A stretch of DNA of 64,000 bases. Origin: Pyrodictiaceae archaeon (GTDB lineage: Archaea; Thermoproteota; Thermoprotei_A; Sulfolobales; Pyrodictiaceae). The notes beneath the pieces were generated by a model. It was given only the letters and a program-made list of their open reading frames with translations. It made no database searches and had not been told where the DNA came from. The number at the start of each line of letters is the position of its first letter. Within the stretch, counting starts at the first letter, position 1. The stretch is from NCBI GenBank assembly GCA_027036135.1, contig JALVSY010000007.1:196880-260879 (forward strand), written 5' to 3'. Positions 29,356-39,391 of this stretch are shown piece after piece. The position numbers and the translations under genes are program-made.

Positions 29356-30727
29356 ATGACTGTTAGCGAAGAGGCTAGCGAGCTAGACGTTATTTTACAA
29401 GCGCTGGCTCACCCGGTTAGGCGTAGAGTGATAGAATTATTGGCGGAGAACAAGGGCCTAAGCTACTCGGAGCTCATGAGGCTAGTCGGGGTAGAGGACT
29501 CTGGTACCTTTGGTTTCCATCTCCGCCGGCTCCGAGGCCTTGTAAGGAAGAACGAGAGAGGAGACTACGAGCTTACAGGGCTAGGACTAAGAGCGTATAA
29601 ACTATTAAGGCTGCTAAGGAACCGCGCAGAGCCAGTCCCCGATAAAACCCCTCATCGAGGAAACCGGCCACGATGTTATCAGCCTTGGAGGGGTCAGGGA
29701 GCTTGAAGTGACTCAACCACTTCTTGAGCGCTTCGTGCAGGAGAACAAGTCGCTGGAGATAAGTGATGTGGAGAGGCTTGTAGTGCGCCCTGTTGAGCCA
29801 GAGCTTTTCACTAGAGCTGTAGAGAAAATAAGTAATGTAGGCGTGATCTATGCTCCTAATAATCTTCGAGACCTTCTTGAACCCAGGATAACCTATGCTA
29901 AGGAACTCATCTATTATAATAATGAAGACGAGCTACAAGAGCTACTAGGTAAGCCCCGGGAAAGCAAGGGAATCCTTAGCAAGGTATTAGGCCTTGTAAG
30001 AGCCTCGAAGAAGAACAATGAAATACCTCCGAAGACCATAATGAGGGGGAGGGTAAAGCTTAATGGTAAGCGAGTAGTTCTCGTCGCTGATACCTGTACC
30101 CTGAGCCTTGGTACCAGCTCGTCGAGAAGCGAGCTAGAATACCATTACTCTGTTCGTGCGAGAGATCCCGGGCTCAAAGTAGAGAAGGAGAACAACGGTA
30201 CCAAGATAACATGTATGCCTAGGAAGCCTCGCTGGGCCGAGCTAAGTATCGGCGCTCCTATCACACCATTAGAGGAAGCCAACATAGTGCTTGATACAAG
30301 TGAGGCAGAGTTCAGCGAGCTAGTTACTAATAGGGCGAGATTGTTCGCTGATACCTCTGAGGCACGGTTCAGCCTCAGACTTGTCGGCGATAACCCTGTA
30401 GCGGAAATAGAGGCTGATACATCGGAGCTAGAGGGGCTAGTAAGCGGGGAATGGAGAGGAAACGCCCTTGTTAGGGCAAAAGCCGACACATCCTCCATAG
30501 AGCTACGGCTGCGCATCCCGAGCGATGCAGCAGTCGCTGTGGCTCCCGAGATGCTCGATACCTCGGAGATAAGCATCACTCTCAATGGTAGCACTGTACC
30601 CCTCTTCTACGCTGACCAAGGCTACGACAAGGCAGCCAGGAGGATCCGGCTACTGATAAGCGCTGATACAAGTGAAGTCAGCATAAATATAAGGAGAGCC
30701 AAAGAGAGCCAGGGTACCACTACGTGA
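29356..30727 (+). pseudogene. ArsR-type HTH fused to a beta-repeat (ADTSE) domain, split by a 1-nt frameshift near 29645
   Basis: ALAHPVRRRVIELL...SYSELM...DSGTFGFHLRRL. The second frame is open from about 29640 (IKPLIEETGHDVISLGG) and has seven (A/L)DT(S/C) repeats. Two separate genes or a sequencing error are also possible. Confidence 0.65.
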
Positions 30728-30797
30728 CCCGCGAGCCTTGATCAGTATTGCTGAGCATCGCCTGGCACATCTAACCAGGCTCTATTATTTCTCGCGA

Positions 30798-31088
30798 CTA
30801 GTGCCTAGGCGGCAGTAGTAATGAGGGACACTCTGTGCATCCTTTTTCGAGGTGGCCTATGTGTATGCAGCACGTTGCTAATGGGAGCAGTCTTGTATCC
30901 CTCATCTCTATGAGTATATAGTCTCCCGCTCTCTTAGCCGTTATCGGGCCTGGTCTCCTCACAAGCCTTTCTAGCTTAACTCTATACTCCTTCCCCCTGT
31001 ATCTTAGTCTAAGTGTTGCCTCGTAGAGGTCGCCGATCAGCCTTACTTCTTCTACTCTTGCCTCTACCTCTGTGCTCATCGTTCTCAC
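30798..31088 (-). CDS. Small hypothetical protein with a C-terminal CCxHxxHxxxxCxxC putative metal site
   Basis: TCCIHIGHLEKGCTECP; GGTGA Shine-Dalgarno sequence before an ATG. Confidence 0.7.
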   Translation of the reverse strand: MRTMSTEVEARVEEVRLIGDLYEATLRLRYRGKEYRVKLERLVRRPGPITAKRAGDYILIEMRDTRLLPLATCCIHIGHLEKGCTECPSLLLPPRH

Positions 31089-31156
31089 CCGGTATAGTAT
31101 TTTGTTTTTCTTGCACTATTTGTGTTAGTTTTCCCGTATCTGTAAAGGGGAATACT

Positions 31157-31190
31157 TATATCGGCCCGAGCTATCGCCCCGATATATCGG
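31157..31190. promoter_or_regulatory. Tandem TATCG-N3-CGA(T/G) palindromes including perfect CCGATATATCGG; candidate PadR operator
   Basis: Read directly; lies between a CTTATA box and the padR start at 31198. Confidence 0.55.
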
Positions 31191-31197
31191 TGCCCGT

Positions 31198-31653
31198 ATG
31201 AGTGGCGAAAGGGGACTGCGTCTCATACTACTCCACTTATTGTCCCAGGGTCCCCGCTACGGTTACCAATTATTACAGGAGCTCGAGGATGTGCTAGGTC
31301 GGCGTCCTAGCCCTGGGACGCTCTATCCCCTCCTCCGGGGCCTACTTAGAGAGGGGCTCGTTGAGGCGAGGCTCAGTAGTAGGGGCGGGAGAATCGTCAA
31401 GATTTACTCGCTTACCGAGAAGGGACGCGGTGTCCTCGAGAGGTCGAGGCGCGAGGTTGAGGATGTTCTTTACTCGCTCCGCGCCCTCCACATGGCTCGG
31501 GATGCTGGTTTCGACGATGTGTTGCGTGAGCTCTGGGGACTTGTGAGGCTACTCCCAGGGCTCGGGCCCAGGGAGAGAGTAGAGGTTGCTAGGTTTCTCA
31601 GCGACCTCGCCAAGAGTATTAGGGGGTTCCGTGCTAGGCTAGGAGAGGCCTAG
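31198..31653 (+). CDS. PadR-family transcriptional regulator
   Basis: GPRYGYQL, PSPGTLYPLL..L..EGLV and KIYSLTEKG. Confidence 0.93.
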   Translation: MSGERGLRLILLHLLSQGPRYGYQLLQELEDVLGRRPSPGTLYPLLRGLLREGLVEARLSSRGGRIVKIYSLTEKGRGVLERSRREVEDVLYSLRALHMARDAGFDDVLRELWGLVRLLPGLGPRERVEVARFLSDLAKSIRGFRARLGEA

Positions 31654-31672
31654 CTGGAAGGAGGGATCTGGG

Positions 31673-32686
31673 CTGAGATCCGGCGAGGAGTATGCGATAG
31701 TTGCTGAGGGTCTTGTGAAGAGGTATGGTGACATAGTCGCTGTTAATGGTGTTAGTTTCCGCGTTAAATATGGAGAGATTTTCGGGTTCCTCGGCCCCAA
31801 TGGGGCTGGCAAGACCACTACTATTCATATCCTCTCTACGCTGCTTAAGCCAACCGCTGGCAGGGCTCTTGTTGCCGGCTACGACGTGGTCAGGGAGGCC
31901 GCGAGTGTTAGGCGTTCTATAGGCATAGTGTTCCAGGACCCTAGTCTAGACGAGGGACTAACCGCTTACGAGAACCTCTACATACACGGCAGGGTCTATG
32001 GGCTGCGTGGAAGTGCTCTACGCGAGCGAATAGAGGAAATGCTAGGATTCGTTGAGCTAGAGGAGTACCGTGACAGGCTCGTAAGGACGTTCTCTGGGGG
32101 CATGAGGAGGAGGCTTGAGCTGGCCCGCGCACTTCTCCACGAGCCCCGCGTACTCTTCCTCGATGAGCCCACGCTGGGCCTCGACCCGCATGCTAGGACT
32201 AGGCTCTGGGAATACATCACTAGGCTTAGGGCCGAGAAGGGGGTTACTATTTTCCTTACCACTCACTACATGGAGGAGGCGGAGCAACTCTGTGATAGGA
32301 TAGCGATAATAGACAAGGGGCGAATCGTAGCCACGGGGTCGCCGGATGAGCTAAAATCTATGCTGGGGGACGAGGTCGTATACATGCGCGTAAGCGACCC
32401 TGGGAAGGCCTGTAAGGCTCTGGAGAGGCTCGAGTCGGTGAAGGAGTGCAAGGTGCTCCAGGGAGGCCGGGTCTCTATCCACGTGCCTAGCGCTGCTCAG
32501 ACTATACCGGAGCTACTAGAAGCTGCTAAGAATAGCGGTGTTAGGGTAGTAGAGGTGAGTTATCGGAGACCAACCCTCAACGATGTCTTCATACACCTTA
32601 CTGGCAGGGGTATAGAGGAGGAGTCCGTGGACGAGACTGAGCGTATCCGGATCTATGCTCGTAGCTATTTTAGGAGAAAAGGGTGA
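31673..32686 (+). CDS. DrrA-type ABC exporter ATPase with a probable CTG start
   Basis: GPNGAGKTT, FSGGMRRR and FLDEPTLGLD. The upstream frame (RSGEEYAIVAEGLVK) begins at CTG 8 nt after GGAGG. Confidence 0.92.
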   Translation: MRSGEEYAIVAEGLVKRYGDIVAVNGVSFRVKYGEIFGFLGPNGAGKTTTIHILSTLLKPTAGRALVAGYDVVREAASVRRSIGIVFQDPSLDEGLTAYENLYIHGRVYGLRGSALRERIEEMLGFVELEEYRDRLVRTFSGGMRRRLELARALLHEPRVLFLDEPTLGLDPHARTRLWEYITRLRAEKGVTIFLTTHYMEEAEQLCDRIAIIDKGRIVATGSPDELKSMLGDEVVYMRVSDPGKACKALERLESVKECKVLQGGRVSIHVPSAAQTIPELLEAAKNSGVRVVEVSYRRPTLNDVFIHLTGRGIEEESVDETERIRIYARSYFRRKG

Positions 32687-33465
32687 CGCCAATGGGTTGG
32701 CTTGACGCGGTCTACGTGATGGCTTATAGGCAGCTCAAGCACTTCGTAAGGTCTCCTTCAAGGATAATAGCTAGTATAGTTAACCCGTTGATCTGGATAC
32801 TCTTCTTCGGCATGGGCTGGGCCAGTACCTTTCGCTTCCCTGGAGCCAAGGCCTTGTTTGGCGGTGTTGATTATCTCTCCTTTCTCATTCCAGGCATAAT
32901 AGCTATGTCGGTCTTCACGGGGAGCTTTCTGAGCGGAATATCGATTCTCTTCGATAAGCAGTTCGGCTTCCTCAAAGAGATACTTGTTGCCCCTGTTCCA
33001 CGAGTAGCTGCAATGACTGGACGGATACTCGGCGACTCACTTACCGCGACAATTGAGGCCGGGATAATAGCTGTGATAGGCCTACCCCTAATAACACGTG
33101 TGAGCTTCCTAGGTATTCTCTACGCGTTGCTCTACAGCTATTTGGCTGCGATAGGTTTCTCGGCCCTAGGCATAGCTATTGCCTCACGGATGAGGAGCTA
33201 CGAGGGCTTTCAGCTAATAATGAGCTTCCTCATAATGCCCCTCATATTCCTTAGTGGCGCTTTTTACCCTATACGCTATATGCCGTGGTGGCTTAAGCTC
33301 CTAGCCTATATGGATCCCTTGACTTATAGCGTCGACGCTACTAGGTATTGGCTTGTCGGTGTCGCGCAGATAAATCCGTGGATAGACCTGGGGGCGCTGC
33401 TGCTCCTCGATGCTGGCTTGGTGATTGTCGCTGGCTACTTGTTTGGCAAGATGAGCCTTGAGTAA
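32683..33465 (+). CDS. DrrB-type ABC-2 permease
   Basis: YLSFLIPGI, DKQFGFLKEILVAP, FLSGAFYP and PLTYSVDA. Confidence 0.92.
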   Translation: MTPMGWLDAVYVMAYRQLKHFVRSPSRIIASIVNPLIWILFFGMGWASTFRFPGAKALFGGVDYLSFLIPGIIAMSVFTGSFLSGISILFDKQFGFLKEILVAPVPRVAAMTGRILGDSLTATIEAGIIAVIGLPLITRVSFLGILYALLYSYLAAIGFSALGIAIASRMRSYEGFQLIMSFLIMPLIFLSGAFYPIRYMPWWLKLLAYMDPLTYSVDATRYWLVGVAQINPWIDLGALLLLDAGLVIVAGYLFGKMSLE

Positions 33466-33517
33466 CATACATACTTATCGGTACTAGTTACGTTTAAGAA
33501 CCTACTCCAAAGTCTCC

Positions 33518-33874
33518 TTGTTAACGGGGGTGAACAAGGAGAATATGCAAGCACTTGACTATGGATTACTCGGCGTATTAGCTATACTGATAGCTGGGCA
33601 CATAGGGATACTGTTCAACGCCGACCTAAACCGGTTCCTAGTAGTAGAGAACATAGTACTAGCAACGCTCTACATAATAGGCGCAATAGGCGTGGCAAAA
33701 GGGCTTCGCTTGAGCTACGCACTTGTAGCTATAGTAGCTCTCTTCAGCGCTGGCAGGGTCTCCCGCAGCATAGTCGGCTCAGAGGGTGAGATAGGCGAGC
33801 TAGCAGTACAACACATACCGCTCCTAGCGCTAGACCTGGCCGCCGGGCTACTAGCACTCGCAGCCATCTACTAG
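33518..33874 (+). CDS. Small membrane protein, hypothetical
   Basis: Four hydrophobic helices with a FSAGRVSRSI motif. Confidence 0.65.
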   Translation: MLTGVNKENMQALDYGLLGVLAILIAGHIGILFNADLNRFLVVENIVLATLYIIGAIGVAKGLRLSYALVAIVALFSAGRVSRSIVGSEGEIGELAVQHIPLLALDLAAGLLALAAIY

Positions 33875-33902
33875 GCCTACTCGGAGCCTGGACTGATGGG
33901 CT

Positions 33903-34466
33903 ATGCGCTGCGACCCACTACTCAAGTTACTCTACCAGTTTTTGCCCCCGAAGGCATACTCCGGGCTAGTCAACAGGCTCCGAGATAAGCGCCTCGTAAT
34001 AGACGTTGGAGGCGGGGCAGGCAGCCTCGGCAAGGCAATTGTTGCGCAAGGAGTCCTCGTAGAGTACGTAGTCGTGGACCCAGACGAGTGCCTCCTAGAC
34101 CTAGCGCCCCGGGCCGCATGGAGTCATCTAGTGCAGGGGGTAGCAGAGCACCTACCCATCCGGGACGATGCACCAGGCATAGCCGTGATGCACGACGCGC
34201 TGCACCACACAACTGAGCCAGAGAAGGCTCTCCGAGAAGCAGCTCGCTCTACGCACTGCGTACTCGTCAGCGACATAGATCCGGGGAGCAAAACGGGCAG
34301 AATCGTAGCGTTCCTCGAGAAGCTGCTCCGCTACCCCGCCAAGTTCCTAGGCCCAGACAAGGTCTCCGCGATACTGGGCTCAGAGGGGCTGAGAACCACT
34401 ATAGAGAAGGGGCGGCACGGAGGCTACGTCGTGACGGGTTGTAGTGATACTGTGCCTCAGCCTTGA
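33903..34466 (+). CDS. Class I SAM-dependent methyltransferase
   Basis: VIDVGGGAG, VVDPD, GVAEHLP and DALHH. Confidence 0.88.
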   Translation: MRCDPLLKLLYQFLPPKAYSGLVNRLRDKRLVIDVGGGAGSLGKAIVAQGVLVEYVVVDPDECLLDLAPRAAWSHLVQGVAEHLPIRDDAPGIAVMHDALHHTTEPEKALREAARSTHCVLVSDIDPGSKTGRIVAFLEKLLRYPAKFLGPDKVSAILGSEGLRTTIEKGRHGGYVVTGCSDTVPQP

Positions 34467-34539
34467 AACACTTCCTCACAGCCCCACTTATCGGGGCTCT
34501 TCAAGGGGTTCACGGCCCTCTTCATCGGTCCTCTTCTGC

Positions 34540-35226
34540 TCACCACGTATTGTCTCGTTTTCCCCAGAATACTTGTATGGTCATGGTGGCTGCGAAGTAG
34601 AGCAATAGTGCCGCGAGCCCCACGAGCAACCAGGCATAGATGGTCGCTATTTTGCTGAGCAGGCCGCCGAGGCCAGCAAGGATTGCTAGCCACACATAGT
34701 CTATCCATACATGGGCCGTGTACATGGCTGCGAACCCAGCTGCACCGTTACGAGCTGCTCCCCGTATGAGGGGGAGCCCTATGGTTATCCACCATGCTAG
34801 GAAGTATGGGTTACCCCCGGTGAACACTATCCCGGCCACAATTGCCCCGAGGAAGGAGGAGCCCAGTGGCAACGAGTCATTGACGGGGACGCTTCCCCGC
34901 TGAAATATGGTTATCGCCGACGCTATGAGCCCGGCTGCGAAGTAGATGGCCATCCCGAGTGTTATGAGGGCCAGGGGTTTCTCGTAGCGATGTAGCTTTG
35001 CCTCCAGTTTCTCCGCCCAATAAACGAGTGCAGCCACATATGGTAGCTCAAAGACCATGTGCCCGAGAGCTACTAATAAGCCACCCACGGCACCTAGGTA
35101 GAGCCCCGCGACTACTGCGGCTGCTGAGAGCATCCCTGGGCTAAGAGCGCCACTAGGCGTTATGACGAGAGTGTCGATGATGACTCGGCGCAGCGCTGCC
35201 TCCTCGGCAACAGCTCTGCTCAACAC
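34540..35226 (-). CDS. LysE-family translocator
   Basis: SGALSPG, VALGHMVFE and NPYFLAWW.TIG. Confidence 0.88.
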   Translation of the reverse strand: MLSRAVAEEAALRRVIIDTLVITPSGALSPGMLSAAAVVAGLYLGAVGGLLVALGHMVFELPYVAALVYWAEKLEAKLHRYEKPLALITLGMAIYFAAGLIASAITIFQRGSVPVNDSLPLGSSFLGAIVAGIVFTGGNPYFLAWWITIGLPLIRGAARNGAAGFAAMYTAHVWIDYVWLAILAGLGGLLSKIATIYAWLLVGLAALLLYFAATMTIQVFWGKRDNTW

Positions 35227-35337
35227 GCCTACACCCAGGGATAGTACTATTACTAGAGCGTGAGTAGTCGGAGCTGTTTAGCTGATTTACCCTAGCCGGG
35301 GGATATTATGCTTAACCATGCCGAGTAGTGCTCTCTG

Positions 35338-36471
35338 CTAGTACTCAGCGAGTAGCGCGACTAGTGCCAGGAGGGCGGCGAAGTATGGAAGGAGGTATCG
35401 GTGTAGCTTGTTCACGCTTATCCCGCTGAGCCGGATCGCTATGAGGTTCGCGAGGGAGCCAGTGACGAGCCCTACTCCTCCCAGGTTTACCCCGTAGGCT
35501 AAGGGGCGCCACGCCTTGACGTGGCTTAGGAGGAGTATTGTTGCCGGCACGTTGCTCACGAGCTGGCTCAGCCCAGCCGCCAAGAGGACAGTCGGCACTG
35601 TACCTAAGCTCGTGAACCTGGAGAAAACCGGGGCTAGGAGCTCCCCGAGGACACGGAAGTCTATGAACATGAGGGCGAAGCTGGCTAGTAGGAGATAGTC
35701 TAGGCTGAGCAGTATTCTCGGCCTAGTTAGTAGCGCAGCTGCCACTGCCACGACTAAGCCGAGGTAGGGGTGCCCGGTCTCAGCGAGCAAGATTATCGCC
35801 ACGAGACTTATGAGCGCGGGAACGAGGAGCCTGGGTTCTAGCTTGACCGAGGGTGGAGCCGGGTATCCTCTCGCGGCCCTGGTGCCTGCCAGGACTATGT
35901 AGGCTGAGAGCAACAATAGACCTGCAGCAACAAAGGGGGCCATGCCTGCGACGAAGGAGGTGAATCCTATGTGGTAGTGCCTCCATATTATTATGTTCTG
36001 TGGGTTCCCTATAGGTGTGAGACTTGAGCCTATATTAGCCGATATGGCTATAATTGCTACTAGTAGTGCTGTCTCAGCCCCCGTCATGCGTGACGCCACT
36101 ACCGCGACAGGGATGTACATGAACATCGCTGTATCGTTCATGACAACCGAGGCGCTGAGAGCGGATAGCAACGAGAGATACAATAATAGCCTCGCGGGCG
36201 AGCCCCTTGACGCCCCTACCGCTCTCGCCGCTAGGTAGGAGAACGCACCCGACTCCTCCAAAACGGCCGAGACAAGCATAACCGAGTAGATGAGCGAGAG
36301 AGCCTCCGCATCAACTAGGCTTCTGAGACGTAGCGCTTCTCCACGAGTTACGGCGATTAGTATGATGTATAGTGCGAGGAGTGCGGAGAACAGTGCATCG
36401 CCACGCAGAATGTTGATTATCTTGCGTAGCCGTTTACTCAATATACCGTCTAACCTCCTCCGTGAGCCCAT
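35338..36471 (-). CDS. SLC13/CitMHS/ArsB-like anion permease
   Basis: MNDTA, ANIGSSLTPIGNPQN, SQLVSNVPA and GSLANLIA. Confidence 0.9.
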   Translation of the reverse strand: MGSRRRLDGILSKRLRKIINILRGDALFSALLALYIILIAVTRGEALRLRSLVDAEALSLIYSVMLVSAVLEESGAFSYLAARAVGASRGSPARLLLYLSLLSALSASVVMNDTAMFMYIPVAVVASRMTGAETALLVAIIAISANIGSSLTPIGNPQNIIIWRHYHIGFTSFVAGMAPFVAAGLLLLSAYIVLAGTRAARGYPAPPSVKLEPRLLVPALISLVAIILLAETGHPYLGLVVAVAAALLTRPRILLSLDYLLLASFALMFIDFRVLGELLAPVFSRFTSLGTVPTVLLAAGLSQLVSNVPATILLLSHVKAWRPLAYGVNLGGVGLVTGSLANLIAIRLSGISVNKLHRYLLPYFAALLALVALLAEY

Positions 36472-36928
36472 AGTCAGGAATCAGTTCCGCGCCATCACTA
36501 CTCACCTTGACGTGTGCTACGATGTAGTGTCTCCACGCAAGGGGTACTACCCAGGCTCTCTCAGGAGCACGGTACTCGGCTGCCTCTACGACCCATAGCT
36601 CTTCCAGGATCTGCCTAGCTAGCTCCCTTGCCCGGTTCTCCGCTGCTTCTCTGTCGCTGTAGCGATGAGAGCAGACAGGCCTGCCCTTGGGGGAGGGCAT
36701 GTCAGTCTCCAGGTCGTAGTGTATCCTATCAAGTGCGAACCCGTGGTAGAGCAGCACGATGTCTACGCATAAGTCGCCTGCTGGGCCTACGCGGGACAGA
36801 ATGGTTGTTGTTATGTAGCCTAGGGCCGCCTTGACCGTGTTCACAGCTTTCTCGGCATCCTCTAGCCTTATCGGGGGCTGAGCATGCGGAGCACCTCGCA
36901 CTGGTGGCGGCGGTAGTGGATGAGGCAA
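36434..36928 (-). CDS. Hypothetical protein with a Pro-rich N-terminus
   Basis: Host-like codons; overlaps the permease start; no family recognised. Confidence 0.65.
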   Translation of the reverse strand: MPHPLPPPPVRGAPHAQPPIRLEDAEKAVNTVKAALGYITTTILSRVGPAGDLCVDIVLLYHGFALDRIHYDLETDMPSPKGRPVCSHRYSDREAAENRARELARQILEELWVVEAAEYRAPERAWVVPLAWRHYIVAHVKVSSDGAELIPDYGLTEEVRRYIE

Positions 36929-36973
36929 GGCTGCTACCGGGAAGAAAAGGGCTTGACGTATAGGGAAAAACGC

Positions 36974-37495
36974 TTAGCGCTGGGTCATTAGCTTGTATCT
37001 CGCTGTGCAGTAGCCCTCTTTCTTCTCTATTACCTGTACTCGGCCCTTCTCACGCCTCACTACGAGCCCTAGCTCTATGCCCTCGAGGCGTGCTAGCTCC
37101 TCGAAGAGCTTGGGGAAGGGACATGCTGTCCCCGGTATCTCTGCTAGCCCTACTCCCTTGGGGCAGTAGCGGCACTTATCGCTCCGTATCCTCATTACTA
37201 CCTCGTCACCGCTTAGCTCTACGGAGGCCTCTGTGCTTATCTCTAAGGCCTTGTTGAGCGAGCTGAGTATCGCTCTTAGCTTCTCCTCCACGCTACCCTC
37301 GGGCTTCTCGTAGAGATCCATCACAGCCAAGTAGTCTCGTAGCCTGGGCGCAACGTACTTGGCGAAGAAGCTTATGCTTCCCTGGTTCAGCACGCCTGCT
37401 TCAGCAGCTGCTGCGAGAAAAAATGCAAAGAACGCTTGCGGGGGCTTTACTCCTCGTTCCTGGACTACTTCTCGTAGCTTATCCAGGGTGCTCAT
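36974..37495 (-). CDS. V4R-like putative ligand/metal-binding protein
   Basis: CRYCPKGVG...CPFP...C pattern resembling V4R domains; ATG at 37495 follows GGAG. Confidence 0.6.
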   Translation of the reverse strand: MSTLDKLREVVQERGVKPPQAFFAFFLAAAAEAGVLNQGSISFFAKYVAPRLRDYLAVMDLYEKPEGSVEEKLRAILSSLNKALEISTEASVELSGDEVVMRIRSDKCRYCPKGVGLAEIPGTACPFPKLFEELARLEGIELGLVVRREKGRVQVIEKKEGYCTARYKLMTQR

Positions 37496-37581
37496 TACCT
37501 GCTCTCCGTCCCGGGAATAGAGAGCTACCAGGTTGTCTTTCTTGGCTCGCACCTGGCCGGCAGAGGAGAGAAAAGCAGAGC

Positions 37582-38574
37582 CTATTTGCAACTCATTCCT
37601 AGTACTTCCTCCGCGTTACCGTGGAAGAATCTGCGCAGGTCACGCTGACTATACCCAGCGAAGAGTAGAGCTCTGTAAACATCTTGTATGAAGCTAGCTG
37701 GATCGCGGTCAACAACGGGATAATCACTACCGTAGAGCAGCTTGTCGCGTGGAGCATCCCGGGCAATCATTTCAACTAGGACGGAATTCAGGGCCGAGAC
37801 ATCCGCGTAGACGTTTGGATATTTTCTCAGAAGCGCTAGGGCCTCGGCTGTGAAGACTCCGGGCGCTATAGCACTATAACCGCCCGTGTGCGCTATGATT
37901 ACTCGTGCCTCGCGGTGCCTGGCCAGCAAAGGCTCTAAGCGAGAGGGGTCACCGAAGCGACAGTAGCGCGGAAGCTCCCATATCCCGGGGTCGCAGCCTG
38001 CGTGAACCACTACGGGTGTATCGAGCTGCTCCGCTGCCTCAAGGACTGCATCAACCGCTGGGTCGCCGAGACTCTTCATGAACAGCGTTGATATTATCTT
38101 TATGCCGCGTGCCCCGCGCCTATAAGCCTCCTCGATCTCCTCAATTACCTCCTCGGGCTTCTTGTTTAGGTTTGGGGCGTGGAACACGCTGATACCTAGC
38201 CCTGCCTCAACTATACCAAGAATAGACTGGACAAGGGCCTCATCCTCCAAGAACCCGCATAAGGGACCATACTTCTCCACAAGCTCCAAGGTTATGTAGT
38301 AGAGGGACTCGGGGCGCAGAACATCCCATAGCTCGCTGGGAACATGGCGCCTAATGACTCCCTGCGTCCTCTTATACTCCTTCTCAACCTCGCCCAGGTC
38401 TATCCCAGCAACAATGCTCCTCACATCGGGTAGGCCCAATAGGACTACATGTGATACCCCTATCCCGGCCAAGCGCTCCAAGTAACGATGCGGGAGAGGA
38501 CCTAGCGGCAAATGAGCATGAGCATCTATGACGCACTCAACACTAGCTACTAGCTTCCCTAGCCCCTCTGACAC
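37582..38574 (-). CDS. Amidohydrolase (Amidohydro_2-type TIM barrel)
   Basis: IDAHAH, VVHAG, IAHTGG, ADVSA and LYGSDYP. Confidence 0.9.
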   Translation of the reverse strand: MSEGLGKLVASVECVIDAHAHLPLGPLPHRYLERLAGIGVSHVVLLGLPDVRSIVAGIDLGEVEKEYKRTQGVIRRHVPSELWDVLRPESLYYITLELVEKYGPLCGFLEDEALVQSILGIVEAGLGISVFHAPNLNKKPEEVIEEIEEAYRRGARGIKIISTLFMKSLGDPAVDAVLEAAEQLDTPVVVHAGCDPGIWELPRYCRFGDPSRLEPLLARHREARVIIAHTGGYSAIAPGVFTAEALALLRKYPNVYADVSALNSVLVEMIARDAPRDKLLYGSDYPVVDRDPASFIQDVYRALLFAGYSQRDLRRFFHGNAEEVLGMSCK

Positions 38575-38769
38575 TATATAGCACCACCTCTACGCTAAAC
38601 ATAGGAACACAGCAACTAATCCAGATGGTATTCTAGGACCCGTGAGAGCTACTCTAGAAAAGATAGTAAAGAGCGCGTTAGGCCCTTTATCGTTTTCCCT
38701 CGCCACAGACACCTAAACAAAATCAATATAAGAAGGTTGTGCGAAGCAGAGAACATCCTGGCTCATGGT

Positions 38770-39339
38770 TTATTCAAGGATCTTAGCAAGTGGCTTAACC
38801 ACTATGCCTTTTTCTCGGAGAGCCCTAGCCCCTGCCTCTATTGCCTCCTCAACGCTGAAGAGGAAGTCATACATGTCTTCCTCTATCATGCTGATGAACT
38901 TGCCGCGGAACTTCTGGGCAAGCCTCTTCATAGGCACGTTGGTCTCGTGGGTATAGGCGTGTATTTTCGTGAATCCCTTTTTCTGTGCCTCGGCGAACAA
39001 CATGTACATTATGAGTGTGCCTAGCCCTCTCCTCCTGTAATTATCGTGGACGACTATCGCTAGTTCCCCTTCGTCGCCCTTGATACGGTAGACCTCGCCA
39101 GACCCTATGACAAGGCTCTCCTTGCTAGCTATGACGGATACTGGTGTATGGTTCTTATCAAGTATCCTCTCAACCTCGGGCTCAAAGAACCTTAATGGGC
39201 GGAGGAAGCGGAGCATCACCGTCTCCTCCGATAAGCTGTTGAAGAACCTTAGTAGCCTCTCCTTATCCTCCTCCAGGGGCTCCTCGAGCTCAACTAGGCC
39301 TAGGCGCGGTACCTCTGCGAGAGCTATTGGTTTTCCCAG
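38770..39339 (-). CDS. Pat-like GNAT protein acetyltransferase with a probable CTG start
   Basis: Extension gives EDKERLLRFFNSLSEETVMLRF; GELAIVVHDNYRRRGLGT acetyl-CoA motif and N.PM..LA.KF. Confidence 0.85.
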   Translation of the reverse strand: MGKPIALAEVPRLGLVELEEPLEEDKERLLRFFNSLSEETVMLRFLRPLRFFEPEVERILDKNHTPVSVIASKESLVIGSGEVYRIKGDEGELAIVVHDNYRRRGLGTLIMYMLFAEAQKKGFTKIHAYTHETNVPMKRLAQKFRGKFISMIEEDMYDFLFSVEEAIEAGARALREKGIVVKPLAKILE

Positions 39340-39391
39340 TACTGGTCCCCGATTGAAGACTTAGGGTTACTCACTTTTCAATTCATTCCCT

